From Adineta vaga (Eukaryota > Animalia > Rotifera), in NCBI GenBank assembly GCA_021613535.1, contig CP075494.1, forward strand, positions 5,766,001 to 5,830,000: a stretch of DNA of 64,000 nucleotides, written 5' to 3'. Both the position numbers and the translations under genes were made by a program. This document shows positions 53,686 to 64,000 of the stretch, piece by piece. The notes beneath the pieces are model-generated. The model was not told the origin of the DNA, did not search any database, and was given only the letters and a program-made list of their open reading frames with translations. Numbering within the stretch: position 1 is the first letter of the stretch; the number at the start of each line of letters is the position of its first letter.

Positions 53686-53904
53686 ATGGTCTTCACAACT
53701 TTGAAACTGATCGGATATTTGTTTAGCCGATGCTCATTAGAAAAATCATCTATTAACATTCACTCGTTTCAAAAATTCGTTCAAAATTCAATATTCAATA
53801 AAGCTTTTATTGTTCCATTAATGGCTCGTCCTTTTGAAATCATTAATATTACCAGCGATGATTCACTTATTGATACAAAAGAATCTAAGAGTCCATTTGG
53901 TTGA
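53686..53904 (+). CDS. Possible small protein
   Basis: 72-codon ORF downstream of TATAAATA (about 53602); no recognisable motif. Confidence 0.25.
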   Translation: MVFTTLKLIGYLFSRCSLEKSSINIHSFQKFVQNSIFNKAFIVPLMARPFEIINITSDDSLIDTKESKSPFG

Positions 53905-54232
53905 TCTCTTCGAACTTTTTTGTACATTCTATGTATAAAATATGGTTTAATGAATTATCCTACATCGTCTTCGACAATAATTGACGTGCCGATTACAGAA
54001 CTTCTTGAAGGTGTCATCGTTTTCTCAAAACCTATTTTTAGTTCTCGTACAAAGGTTTTGATGACTAATCACTTTCTTGTGTTAGTATTTTTCGAAAAAA
54101 ACAGAGAACATTGTTTTACTCTTTTTTAATTCATCAGTTTATTGATGAAAATTCTGTTGAATATGTTAATGTGAAATAAACTATCATGCTTGATTTAAAA
54201 CGTTGAAAAGTATGAGAAAAAAAATAGTGTTT

Positions 54233-55238
54233 TCAATCTTCAATAAGTTGTTTTAATTTATTTACGGATTCATGATCGAGTGAATGCCAATGTAAAACTT
54301 GTAAATCTTCTTTCATATGTGTTTCATTTGTTGTTCCAGTCAATGGTGTTAAACCAATATCTAATAAAAATCGAAAAAATATTTGAGCTGGAGTACCATG
54401 CCGTTCTTGAGCTAGTTGTTTAACAAGTGGATGAGCAAGAATATCTGGATTCGCTGTTAAAGTCCAAAAACTTTGATAGAAAATGTTTTTCTCTCGACAA
54501 TATTGTCGAATATCATGATCGAAATTTGTCTCACGATGAAAACGATTTTGAATAACCGATGGTTTATGTCGAGCATCGTCGTATAATCTTCTAAAACTGC
54601 TGATATCATAGAGATTACTAATACCTAATTGTTTAACACGACCTTCATCAACGAATCTTTCACATTCACGATAAACTTCCATAGTTTTTTCATGTGATCG
54701 TTCGGGACCATGAAGAACTAATGAATCAATATAATCCGTCTGTAAATTTTGTAATGATGTCGTAATTGATTGACGAACTTGAGAACTTAATGGAACACGA
54801 GGATCGTATGGTAATGGTTTCGATCGATCTTGTCCATCGAGACTAGTGAATTTTGTTTGAATAAATAAATCTTTACGAGATATATTATGTTTTGTTTGAA
54901 GTTCTTGCAATGCTTGACCGACTAAATCTTCACTAAAATCGAAGAGAAGAAAAACATCGAAATCGATACAGAAAAATCAGTTTTCTCTACCGATAATGTT
55001 TTGGTTGACATGCAGTATCGATTCCACGAAAACCGTTGAGTATTGCTTTAACAACAAGTTGAGTCGTTGCTTCCTTTTTCCATGCTGTACCATAGATCAA
55101 TCGAGGCATTTGTATGCCAGCATTTGTAGTGACAGTTGTTGCAGACATTGATTCGTTATTATTGATAGAGTGAAGAAAGATTGCTAATAAAATCACGACA
55201 AGACAAAGTCGGATTTTCCAACTATTTATCTGAAACAT
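54233..55238 (-). CDS. Aldo-keto reductase, microbial-type, with hydrophobic N-terminal extension
   Basis: MPRLIYGTAWKK..GFRGIDTACQPKHYREDLVG..LFIQTKF..YIDSLVLH..LGISN..QNRF..YQSFWTLTANP; one intron 54933-54990. Confidence 0.9.
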
Positions 55239-56195
55239 TCATTCATAAACAACAGATAATTGATTGATCGAGAGATGTATTTGACTCAATGAGAAGAGAA
55301 GAGATGAGTTGTGTGATGTAGTAGTAGTAGTTCGTTTCGTTCGATATTCAAGATGATTCTATTGGTGATGAAATATCAAATGATATCTTATATGAATTGA
55401 AAAAATGATTGAAAAATTTTTATTAACATGAATCAAAGATTTTCTTTCATTGACAATAATTATCTTTTTCATAATGATGTAAAATATTGTTCTCTACCGC
55501 CATCTGTATTATACACAAATCGAAAGTTCTTTTGCTTAAACTTGCAAACTCTATATGACAATTCGTATGTTAATCTCAACGAACGTTTATTGTTCATTGG
55601 AATATTATTAGAATCTGATTCATACATTTTTTTATATGAAAGATTATCAATTTTTTGCAAAGTTAAGAATGTTGATTTTACACTTTTTCCCTGCCTGGAA
55701 CAGAACAAAACATTCATACACGAACACATTATCGTATGATAATGATGGATCAGCTAGGAGATACTTTGTACGAAAAAAGAAAAAAAGAACGTTGAGACGT
55801 GTCTTATCTGTCTATGAAATAAACATTCATTCCAACCTTAAACACTCATTCATCCATCATTGTCCACTTTGATTTTCTTTCTTTTTTTTCTTTTTATCTC
55901 AGGGCACATTTGAAATAAAAGACATCGAACAAAGTCCTATTTAAACACTCGATCTCACTCATATTTTTCAATAGTCGATGGTGAGAAACAGATCGAAAAG
56001 TAAGTTTCAAAATACGAAAATTATCGACAAGTTCGAACGGTTGGATAAAAATATGATCTACACATGGATTTCCAATGAATTTGTGAGATCACATTTTTAT
56101 TCTATTGTTGACTTCTCTACAAAATTACGATAATTGAAAGACATTTTATTTAAGAGATTGCTTGAATAATACAAAATAGAATAAAAAGAATGATA

Positions 56196-56786
56196 TTAAT
56201 GTTTTTCAGCAAAACCAACATTAACATTATCTTGAGGAGCTTTCTCAGGATCTTTTGAAAATTCTGGATGAGGTTTATTCGATGCATATCGGCCAGCTTC
56301 AACAAATTGTCGAGCAAGATCTAATTGAGTTTGTCGATCCAATTTTGTTTCGAGTGGCTTGAGAATATCTGTTTCTTCTTCATCCAAATGATGCACTACG
56401 AAGAAAAACAAATAAATTCGAAAGATAATAGAATTAATCATACTTAATTTTTGTATTGCTTTTCGAATTTGTTTCCATGTTACAGTTGGTTGTTCGGAAA
56501 GTTTTTTTAATTCAGTTTCTAGTTCTCGATGTTCTTTAATTCCATGTTCAATTAAATGATGGCCACCTTTTTTTTCATCCTTTAAATAAACTTCAACTTT
56601 GGGATAAAATGCGATTTCTTCTTTATGACCATGTAATGATACATAAGCTATCCATTTGCGAACACGTGGATCAAGTTCACTATCATCATCAATACTTTTG
56701 AAATGTTCATATTCATCACGCATATATTTATGCTCGGAGAGAATTAAATCAATGATACCGAGAGATTCCGAATTATTTGTTGCCAT
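56196..56786 (-). CDS. Hemerythrin HHE cation-binding domain protein (microbial type)
   Basis: EH..H..KEEIAFYP..EH..HHLDEEETDIL..PHP; one 48-nt intron 56396-56443. Confidence 0.82.
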   Translation of the reverse strand: MATNNSESLGIIDLILSEHKYMRDEYEHFKSIDDDSELDPRVRKWIAYVSLHGHKEEIAFYPKVEVYLKDEKKGGHHLIEHGIKEHRELETELKKLSEQPTVTWKQIRKAIQKLSMINSIIFRIYLFFFVVHHLDEEETDILKPLETKLDRQTQLDLARQFVEAGRYASNKPHPEFSKDPEKAPQDNVNVGFAEKH

Positions 56787-57300
56787 TTTGTTTTTGATTA
56801 TTTCTTAAAAGAGATGATGATATAATAAATAGATTCAGTTGAATTGAGTCATCAGAAATAAAGATTTGATTGGTTTATTTTTGTTTAACAATTGATATCG
56901 AAAAACTAGCGAAATCTGTCGAAATTGTAATGAATATTATTATTTCAATAAAGGCAATCTCTATTCAGAGTACATGTGAGCGATTTTATTCTGTCATTTA
57001 CTTTTTTTTTTAAATATCGTTCAAATCTTTCGTTGTACAACATGCACTCATATACATAAACCAAAAACACCAAAAAAGAGAAATAAACAAGAACCAAAAA
57101 TAAGATCATAAGCAAAAGCCGAAAGAAGGAGAAGCAAAATAAAGGACAAGAAAAGTTAAATGGCACGCGCATGAGCTTACTTTCGTATTCACACAAGGTT
57201 AAGAGAAAAAAAAGAAAGAAAAATACTATAGACTATATCTTTAACTTATATCTCTATGTAGAATTATCATCGTCGTCAAATAAAGAAAAAGAAATAAAGC

Positions 57301-58625
57301 TTAGAGGCATAAAAAATCATAGGAAGAATATGGCGATGATGGAACAATATCTGTTGAATTTGTACCAAAACTCGACAAAGGAGTATCAATCCAACCATTA
57401 CTATCATAATGTTGATCAAGATCTGTTAAATGATTGACTGAAGAATCATGTAATGTTTCATATTCTAGAAGAGAACATACATAATAGAATATTATATTTC
57501 AAAAAAAAAAGAATTTACCATTTGTATCATCCATGACAGGTGCTAAAACTTGTTGATAGTTATTATTAGGAATATTAAGTATGTTACAATTATTCACAAT
57601 GTAATCGACTAATGTTGGTGTTGAATCTTCCATAACTAATGAAGATGTCGAACCTGGTGGTGGAGGTGTCATAGATAGTAATGCTGGTGGTGGCGGTAAA
57701 GCAATGTCATCATGTTTATTAATAATTTGAATTCGTACAGCTCGACGTGATGACAATGGAGAGGTTTGAGTTCGAGGTACAGGTGCAACAATAACTGATT
57801 GTGGTTGTCCAGTCAATTGATAAAACCAATCATTATCATCTTCTGATGATGATGGAATAATTGCTTGACACATGGCTAGAACATTTGATTGCACTGGATG
57901 AGGAGCTGCACTGGATATTGGAGATAATGATGATGATGACGATGTACATGATGTTGGTGATGGCGCTACCGATGAATACTGTTGTTGAGCTATATGAAAA
58001 AGAAAATTTTCGATTGAAAGAAAGATTTTCAAACAAACATGTATATGAGTAATTCTTTTTAATTGTTGTTGTTGGTGGTGATGATTTGTTCGTTGCTGCT
58101 GCTGTTGAACGTTGTTTTGGTTTAAATTTATAATCTGGATGATCAATATGATGTTGACGTTTTAATGTTTCGGCCATGTCCAGAAACGGTTGTTTCTCTT
58201 CTACTGACATATGTCTACAGAAAAAAAAAACAATTTTTTCATTCTTTCAAAAAGAAAAATTATCTCACCGCCATGTTTCTCCAAGAAGTTTACTCAATGA
58301 TGTTTGACTAACACCATATCCATCACTAGAAACACGTTTTCTTTCACCACGCGCCCATAATAAAAATGCATTCATTGGTCGTTTAATCACTGAATTTCGA
58401 TTATTTCTATTACTACTATTATTATTTATATTACTATTCTCATATGTATCACCGAGATATTCATCATTTGTTTGAAGAATTGGTGTCATTGCTTCCATTT
58501 TTGTCAAACAAGAATCCATTGGTAAATACTACAAAAAAAATAAACTATCATCGTCTAAACGTTATCGAATTCAATCAATTTTTACTTACATCATGAAATG
58601 ATGAAGATGGAGCTGACATCATCAT
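57301..58625 (-). CDS. Sox-like HMG-box transcription factor
   Basis: IKRPMNAFLLWARGERK..LSKLLGETWR|HMSVEEKQPFLDMAETLKRQH..DHPDYKFKP. Confidence 0.9.
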
Positions 58626-58971
58626 CAGAATTTGGATTGTTTTGTTATTTAGTTAAGAAAAGTTAAATATGTTGTTATATGTAGTCCACCCTTGACTGGA
58701 ATGAGAGAGTGCACATAAATAGAAAAAAGAAATAAACAAGCGTTTATGTGCATGTTCACTTTTAATGAATCATCGATATCATATTAGTTGACCAACGGAA
58801 AGACTTTTCATTTGTACTTAAAGAAAGACGTTCCCAGCGCATGTTCTGATATACAAAGAGAACAATTCGATTTGTTAATTTTTCTTTCAATCTAAATCAT
58901 AGTTTATTGATAAAACAAAGAAACAGAAAAACAAAAACGAAAAGAACGAACAATCGATTTGATATTACATA

Positions 58972-59476
58972 TTAGTGAAATGAATTAGATGAAGAATAAT
59001 AAAATGTTGAACATGGAGGAGGATAGAATGATTGTGAATCAAGCATAGGAGATGTTGGATGAAAATAACAACATGGACAAACTGATGGTGGCGGTGGATA
59101 ATAGTACATTGGTTGCATTGACTAAAAGAAAGAAATATGAATTAGATAACGATCAAAATAGTTGTACAAACTTACTACTGATGGTTGAGGAGGTGAAGTG
59201 GAGGCAGTAGATGGTGTACTATTTGATATTAATTTTGAATCATTACGCTAAGAATAGAAATTAGATAGAAAAAAAGATACGAAATTATGAGAAAGAAAAA
59301 CTTACTCGTCGATTTGAAAACCAATCTTGAATTTGTTTTAAAGTTCGACCAGTACTCTGGGCAAGTTGATGACGTTCACTTGCAGATGGATATGGATTTT
59401 GATCATAAAATGTTGTAAGAATATTTCTTTGACGTGTATTGAGAGGTTCACGTGTTCGTGGTTTTGAAGTTGACAT
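58972..59476 (-). CDS. Small divergent homeodomain protein (S50)
   Basis: PRTREPL..L..FYDQNPYPS..ER..LA..TG....QIQDWFSNRR|R; Pro/Cys/Tyr-rich tail; three exons. Confidence 0.85.
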
Positions 59477-60323
59477 GATGTGTTGTAATGTTCAAAAATG
59501 AAAATTCATCTACCTTATGTTCTGACAATCTCATAACACCACTTTCAGTTAATCCTTATAGTCAAGATATCAATCAATGATTCTTAACATGCTTCAATTA
59601 TTTAAGCCAATTAAGAACAGATCACTAAGACAAACAGAACAATTAAGATATATGAATATTCTTTCTCTATCTAATTATCTATGTTGATCAGACAATATCT
59701 GTGAAAGAGAAAAGAAAAGAGTATTTTCATCTTTACAATGATTTAGTTGCAAAAATGATTCTTACATCATCATATTCTATTTTTACTAGCTGATAGTTTT
59801 GATTTTTCTCAAGGTTATGTATCACAAATTGAAAAAAAGAGACGAGTGAATCTTAATGCGAAACGATTCATCAGTGTGCTACTTGTTGATGAGGATATGG
59901 ATAATCAGATAAATTAATTGTTAATATGATACAAATGAAATGATGAAAGGTAAGTTTAGGATAAATAAATATTCAATCTTTATTTTAAAGTATTTCGATT
60001 CTTTTTATGTTTAGTTCTTTTAAGACGATGATAGGTGTAATGATGTCGCATGCTATTATCAACATGGGACAGTATTAATCATTCGAATATGTTAACAATT
60101 CTCTCTCCGTTACATTACATCAACATAAAACATCTCAGTTGTTTTTTCTCAATTTGATGTTTCATGAATTATATCATTCAATTATCAATCAGTTTTACTT
60201 CATATAAGCTCATGAGGATGAAAAGCGCTCTGTAGACTGAAAATAGCTTTTCTTCTATTTTGCTATGCTTCATCGCGGTCGCTTTTGTATTTGCTGCCGA
60301 CTTGTATTGTCAAAATTGCTTAG

Positions 60324-61079
60324 ATGATTGACTGGCCGGAGACGTACAGAAATGCTAAAGAAAAGAATAGAATGAATGATGGTCGCCTAATTTAATTTTT
60401 GTCTCCCTGTTGCTTTGCTTCGCTATATATATATATATATATACACGGACATTGCATAGGTTAATACAGCAATTTACTCGACTCAGTCATTCAGAAATAG
60501 CAATCATCTCTACACAAGTTAAAATGTTGCATGATACTGATTCAGCTTCATACACCTTTAAATTTAGTCAATGTATATTACTTGAGCAATCTGCAACAAC
60601 TTTGAAAAATACTGTAACTACACAATGTCGACAAAATGAAAAGAAAGAAGTCGGATTACGACTTGCACCATCATTAAATGTACTTGAACAAACTGTAAGT
60701 TCTATATTTGCTGCTTTATTTTTATCATGATCGAACATATGGTTTATTATAGATACATGATATGGATTTATATGAACGAAAACTAGCAACTTTTTGTGGT
60801 TTATGGGCAGATTATCCTTGTCAACATTATCAAATGGAATTTCGTATTGAAATGGGACAATTAATTGGTTATTCAAATGTTTATGGAAGTAAAGCTTTAG
60901 CAAGTTTTGATGGTAACTTAATCAATATGATTATTATTCATCCAAAAGAAGCGGAACGATCCATTGATCATTATCGTGGACGTCTTGGTTGGAATAAAAA
61001 ATATATTATTTGGGAAAAAGAAGATTCTTCACGTCAAACTGGTTGGCGATCAACACGACGATGGATTCGACTTGAATAG
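60324..61079 (+). CDS. Uncharacterised three-exon protein
   Basis: MIDWPET|LIQQFTR..LEQT|IHDMDLY..FCGLW..YRGRLG..IIWE..RWIRLE*; in-frame GT-AG junctions. Confidence 0.65.
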
Positions 61080-61604
61080 TTTTTCTTTCTTTCTCTGACT
61101 TATGTTGTTGAAACTCTAAATATATGTATATTCATTTGATTGATTTTCATGAGATTAGTAATATATTCTTGACGTATTTGATTGGGACTAAACAATTTCA
61201 GTAGGAGTGGATGATAGTCGTAGATTATCCATACTCGTAATAAACTATTTCATATGCTTTCAATTGTAAAGATATTTATTGTCAAAATCTGGTAGAAACG
61301 ATTGATTTCATAATCAATAAAAACTGGCTATTCATATTGTATCGTCTCATCCAACAAATAGATCAGATCATCAATATGTGCATATGCTATTCAGGTGTAC
61401 ATGTGTTATCTGAGAAGAGAGAAAAAAGAAATCCATTTGGATTGTCATCTATTTTGTTATCATCGACAAGGAAGATATATAGGACAAATTCTCTCTCTAT
61501 ATCTCCTAAAACAAAGGCCGATCATTTGCAAATATCTTCTTTTGATTCTATACATTATATCATCGGATTCAATGTTTGCTAATGGGACACCGTTTTCTTT
61601 TTTC

Positions 61605-61637
<33 letters not shown>

Positions 61638-62225
61638 ATTATCATAGATTGATGTACTATTGTATCGAAGAACATATGTATAAATATCTTTAGAGAGAAC
61701 GAAGAATAGTTATTTCAAATTGGACAAAATGTATCTTATGTTTGTCTGTCTTTATCTTCAACTAGTTGATGGAATATTCTCACCTTTCGAACCATCAACA
61801 CCAGCTGGTTTATTTTATATACATATAAATATTTGGCTTGATTCGAGCACATACATCCAGTTTGTATGATCATTATGACAGATCAATAAACCAAAATGTA
61901 GACTCACCTTTTCTTCTTTTCTTCTCGAATTCATTCATCGTCTATGTCTAAACCCGTAGACATGAAACTAGTACCATAAAATCAGTGCTGGTTCATATTC
62001 TACTGGAAAGTCATCGAACGATTTTACAGCTAGACAATATATAAAATAATCATTAAACAGTATATCGAATTCAAGTTTGAGGTAGTAGGTTTGTTAGCTT
62101 TGTTTAACATATAATTAGCTAACTAACTTTATTACTTCATACAATGAACTTGAATATTCAAAATAAAAATTTTGTTGTAAAGTAAGTGTAATTCAATTCT
62201 TTGAAATATGTTTATATTGAATAAA

Positions 62226-63143
62226 TTACTTTTGAAAGAACGTTTTTGCTTTTGAAAATGACCATAGAATCGATTTACCATAAGTAAATTTTTGTGCAAA
62301 AAAATCTTCAATTTGTGTTTGCATTTGCGACCAAAATCCATCATTTTCCATAAGAGTATAACACCATCCTAATAATTGATCTTCATTCAACGATTTCATA
62401 ATACCATATATTAAATTGTTCACACCAATCTTTGGTCGATAGATTCCAGTTCGTCTATTCGAGTATGAAATACTATTTACCATTGCTATTAATCCAATTT
62501 TACCATAATAAGTTATTTCATTATCTACATGCGATGTCGTATTGTATGTCTTGAGTAAATCATGAAATTCTTCAATAACTTTTGTTCGTTTTTCATCACT
62601 ATCATTCCATTTATTTGTACAAACAAGTGCCACAAAGATATTTGAATTTACACATAGACTAATTAATGGACGAATGTATTCATCTTTAGCAAATGAACCT
62701 GGTGATGCACATAAAATCATACACATTGGATGTCTTTCATTAATAATATCAACGATAGTTTTATCCCATGTAGTAATACCTTTTGTATCCCAAATATTAA
62801 TACGAAATGTTTGATCTTCTTCATTTTGTTCATTTGAACAATGACCTTCAAGTGAATAACATTTTGTTTCTAATGTTACAGCTGATGGACCAGACTTTGT
62901 TGGAGCTAAATCTTTATTTATAATTGCATTGATTAATGTACTTTTACCGGTACGCGGTGCACCACAGACAACAAATGTAAATTCTTGTAATTTACTTTTG
63001 GCAGCATCAGCAATGAATTTTGGATTTTGAACCGAACATTCATGAATAGAACGTCGTAAATTTTTAGCAGCTACTTCGAGGACTACTTCCGAGTCTACAG
63101 AAGTAGTTTTTCGTAATTTTTCTATTGACTCTTTCTCATTCAT
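62226..63143 (-). CDS. Intronless TRAFAC-like P-loop GTPase (MMR_HSR1/AIG1/IRG-like)
   Basis: G1 GAPRTGKST, G2-like VT, G3 WDTKG, G4-like TNKW. Confidence 0.85.
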   Translation of the reverse strand: MNEKESIEKLRKTTSVDSEVVLEVAAKNLRRSIHECSVQNPKFIADAAKSKLQEFTFVVCGAPRTGKSTLINAIINKDLAPTKSGPSAVTLETKCYSLEGHCSNEQNEEDQTFRINIWDTKGITTWDKTIVDIINERHPMCMILCASPGSFAKDEYIRPLISLCVNSNIFVALVCTNKWNDSDEKRTKVIEEFHDLLKTYNTTSHVDNEITYYGKIGLIAMVNSISYSNRRTGIYRPKIGVNNLIYGIMKSLNEDQLLGWCYTLMENDGFWSQMQTQIEDFFAQKFTYGKSILWSFSKAKTFFQK

Positions 63144-63263
63144 GTGATATAGAAAAGAAATGTCGTATTTTATCAACAAAATTTCTGATAAAGATGATAT
63201 TTGTATACGAATGAAAGATAATAACAATTCTATATTCTTTTAGTTTTTTTTTATCTTCAAAGA

Positions 63264-64000
63264 ATGGTAAGTTTTCGATCTTGTTGCTTGCATTCGATCA
63301 GATCATGATTATAATGAATATAGGCTTCTGAAAAATGCACCATACAAGTTTATGTTCGTCGAACAGGCGAAATTGTACCAGTTGAAGTGACGTTTATGTC
63401 AACAACATTTGGTGATATCGTTAAAATCATATGTGAGAGAATTAATGAATCTGAACCAAGTCATTATTATATTTCATTGAATAACGAAACACAAATGTTG
63501 AATGATATGATATTCGAACCAAGACATGAAAATCAAAAATTTGAAATGATTTTGAAAACAAAATGGTTATTAGAACGTATTGCTGAACGATCAATTCAAA
63601 AAGAACGATTACAATCAAAAATAAGAGATGAACTTGAAGAAGACGATACTGTGATTGAAGGTAAAATTTATTCGAAAAAGACTCTACTGTCTAGTTTTCA
63701 TTATTTCTATAGAAGAATCAATTCCGAGAATAAATGTGAATACAACATCAGTCAAACAACCTATTATAACAATACCAGTGAATGAGCCCATCACAACATC
63801 ATCTGATATACTATCGACAACTTCAAATTCCTTTGACCAAAGAAATTCTACACAACAGAATAAAGTAATCTTAGGTAATGTTGTTCGGCAAACGATTCGA
63901 AAAATTCCAAGACATGATGTTCAAAAGTATCTTCATCGATCTCTTGAAAAATCGTTTGACATTCTTTTAATGGGATCACCTCGAGTAGGAAAAAGTACAT
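63264..64000 (+). CDS. 3'-truncated gene: ubiquitin-like N-terminus, linker, P-loop GTPase related to the neighbour
   Basis: ATG|intron|ASEKCTIQVYVRRTGEIVPVEV..TFGDIVKIIC..; after the second intron ..FDILLMGSPRVGKST at the window edge. Confidence 0.75.

Noticed and set aside
57301-59476. HMG + homeodomain adjacency resembling a fungal mating-type locus
   Set aside because: The HMG box has the Sox signature RPMNAF..W, not a MAT-type box; there is no other MAT evidence.
1-64000. CRISPR arrays, rRNA, intact transposase or reverse transcriptase, bacterial contamination
   Set aside because: No spaced direct-repeat arrays, rRNA motifs or TE ORFs were seen; spliceosomal introns occur throughout, including in most microbial-like genes.

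Overview
AT-rich, gene-dense eukaryotic (animal) DNA with many short (about 50-60 nt) GT-AG introns. Compact metazoan genes are interleaved with microbial-looking genes (GH37 trehalase, aldo-keto reductase, HHE hemerythrin, LURP-one/YxjI-like, REC-like/NMNAT-like fusion). This pattern suggests a bdelloid rotifer (inference only). I reconstructed about 27 spliced genes by hand. They include muscle myosin II heavy chain (with a 7-nt microexon), a protocadherin, a tail-anchored TIR protein, an SMB-type 7TM GPCR, a RING-less RAWUL protein ending in PLDLS, MARCH1/8, VIT-VWA, a GAF-GAF PDE ending in CaaX, UBA-Josephin, an RRM protein, EMRE, two LITAF genes, ARL6IP1, a Sox gene, a divergent homeobox gene and a head-to-head pair of related P-loop GTPases. 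There is also an intron-containing tRNA-Ile(UAU). Best novel candidates: (1) a CaaX microprotein gene nested antisense in an intron of the CaaX-bearing PDE; (2) the divergent GTPase pair 120 bp apart, one with a ubiquitin-like N-terminus; (3) the RAWUL+PLDLS putative Polycomb-CtBP adaptor; (4) the tail-anchored TIR protein retaining the NADase glutamate; (5) the REC-like/NMNAT-like fusion. All family assignments come from motif recognition, not database searches.
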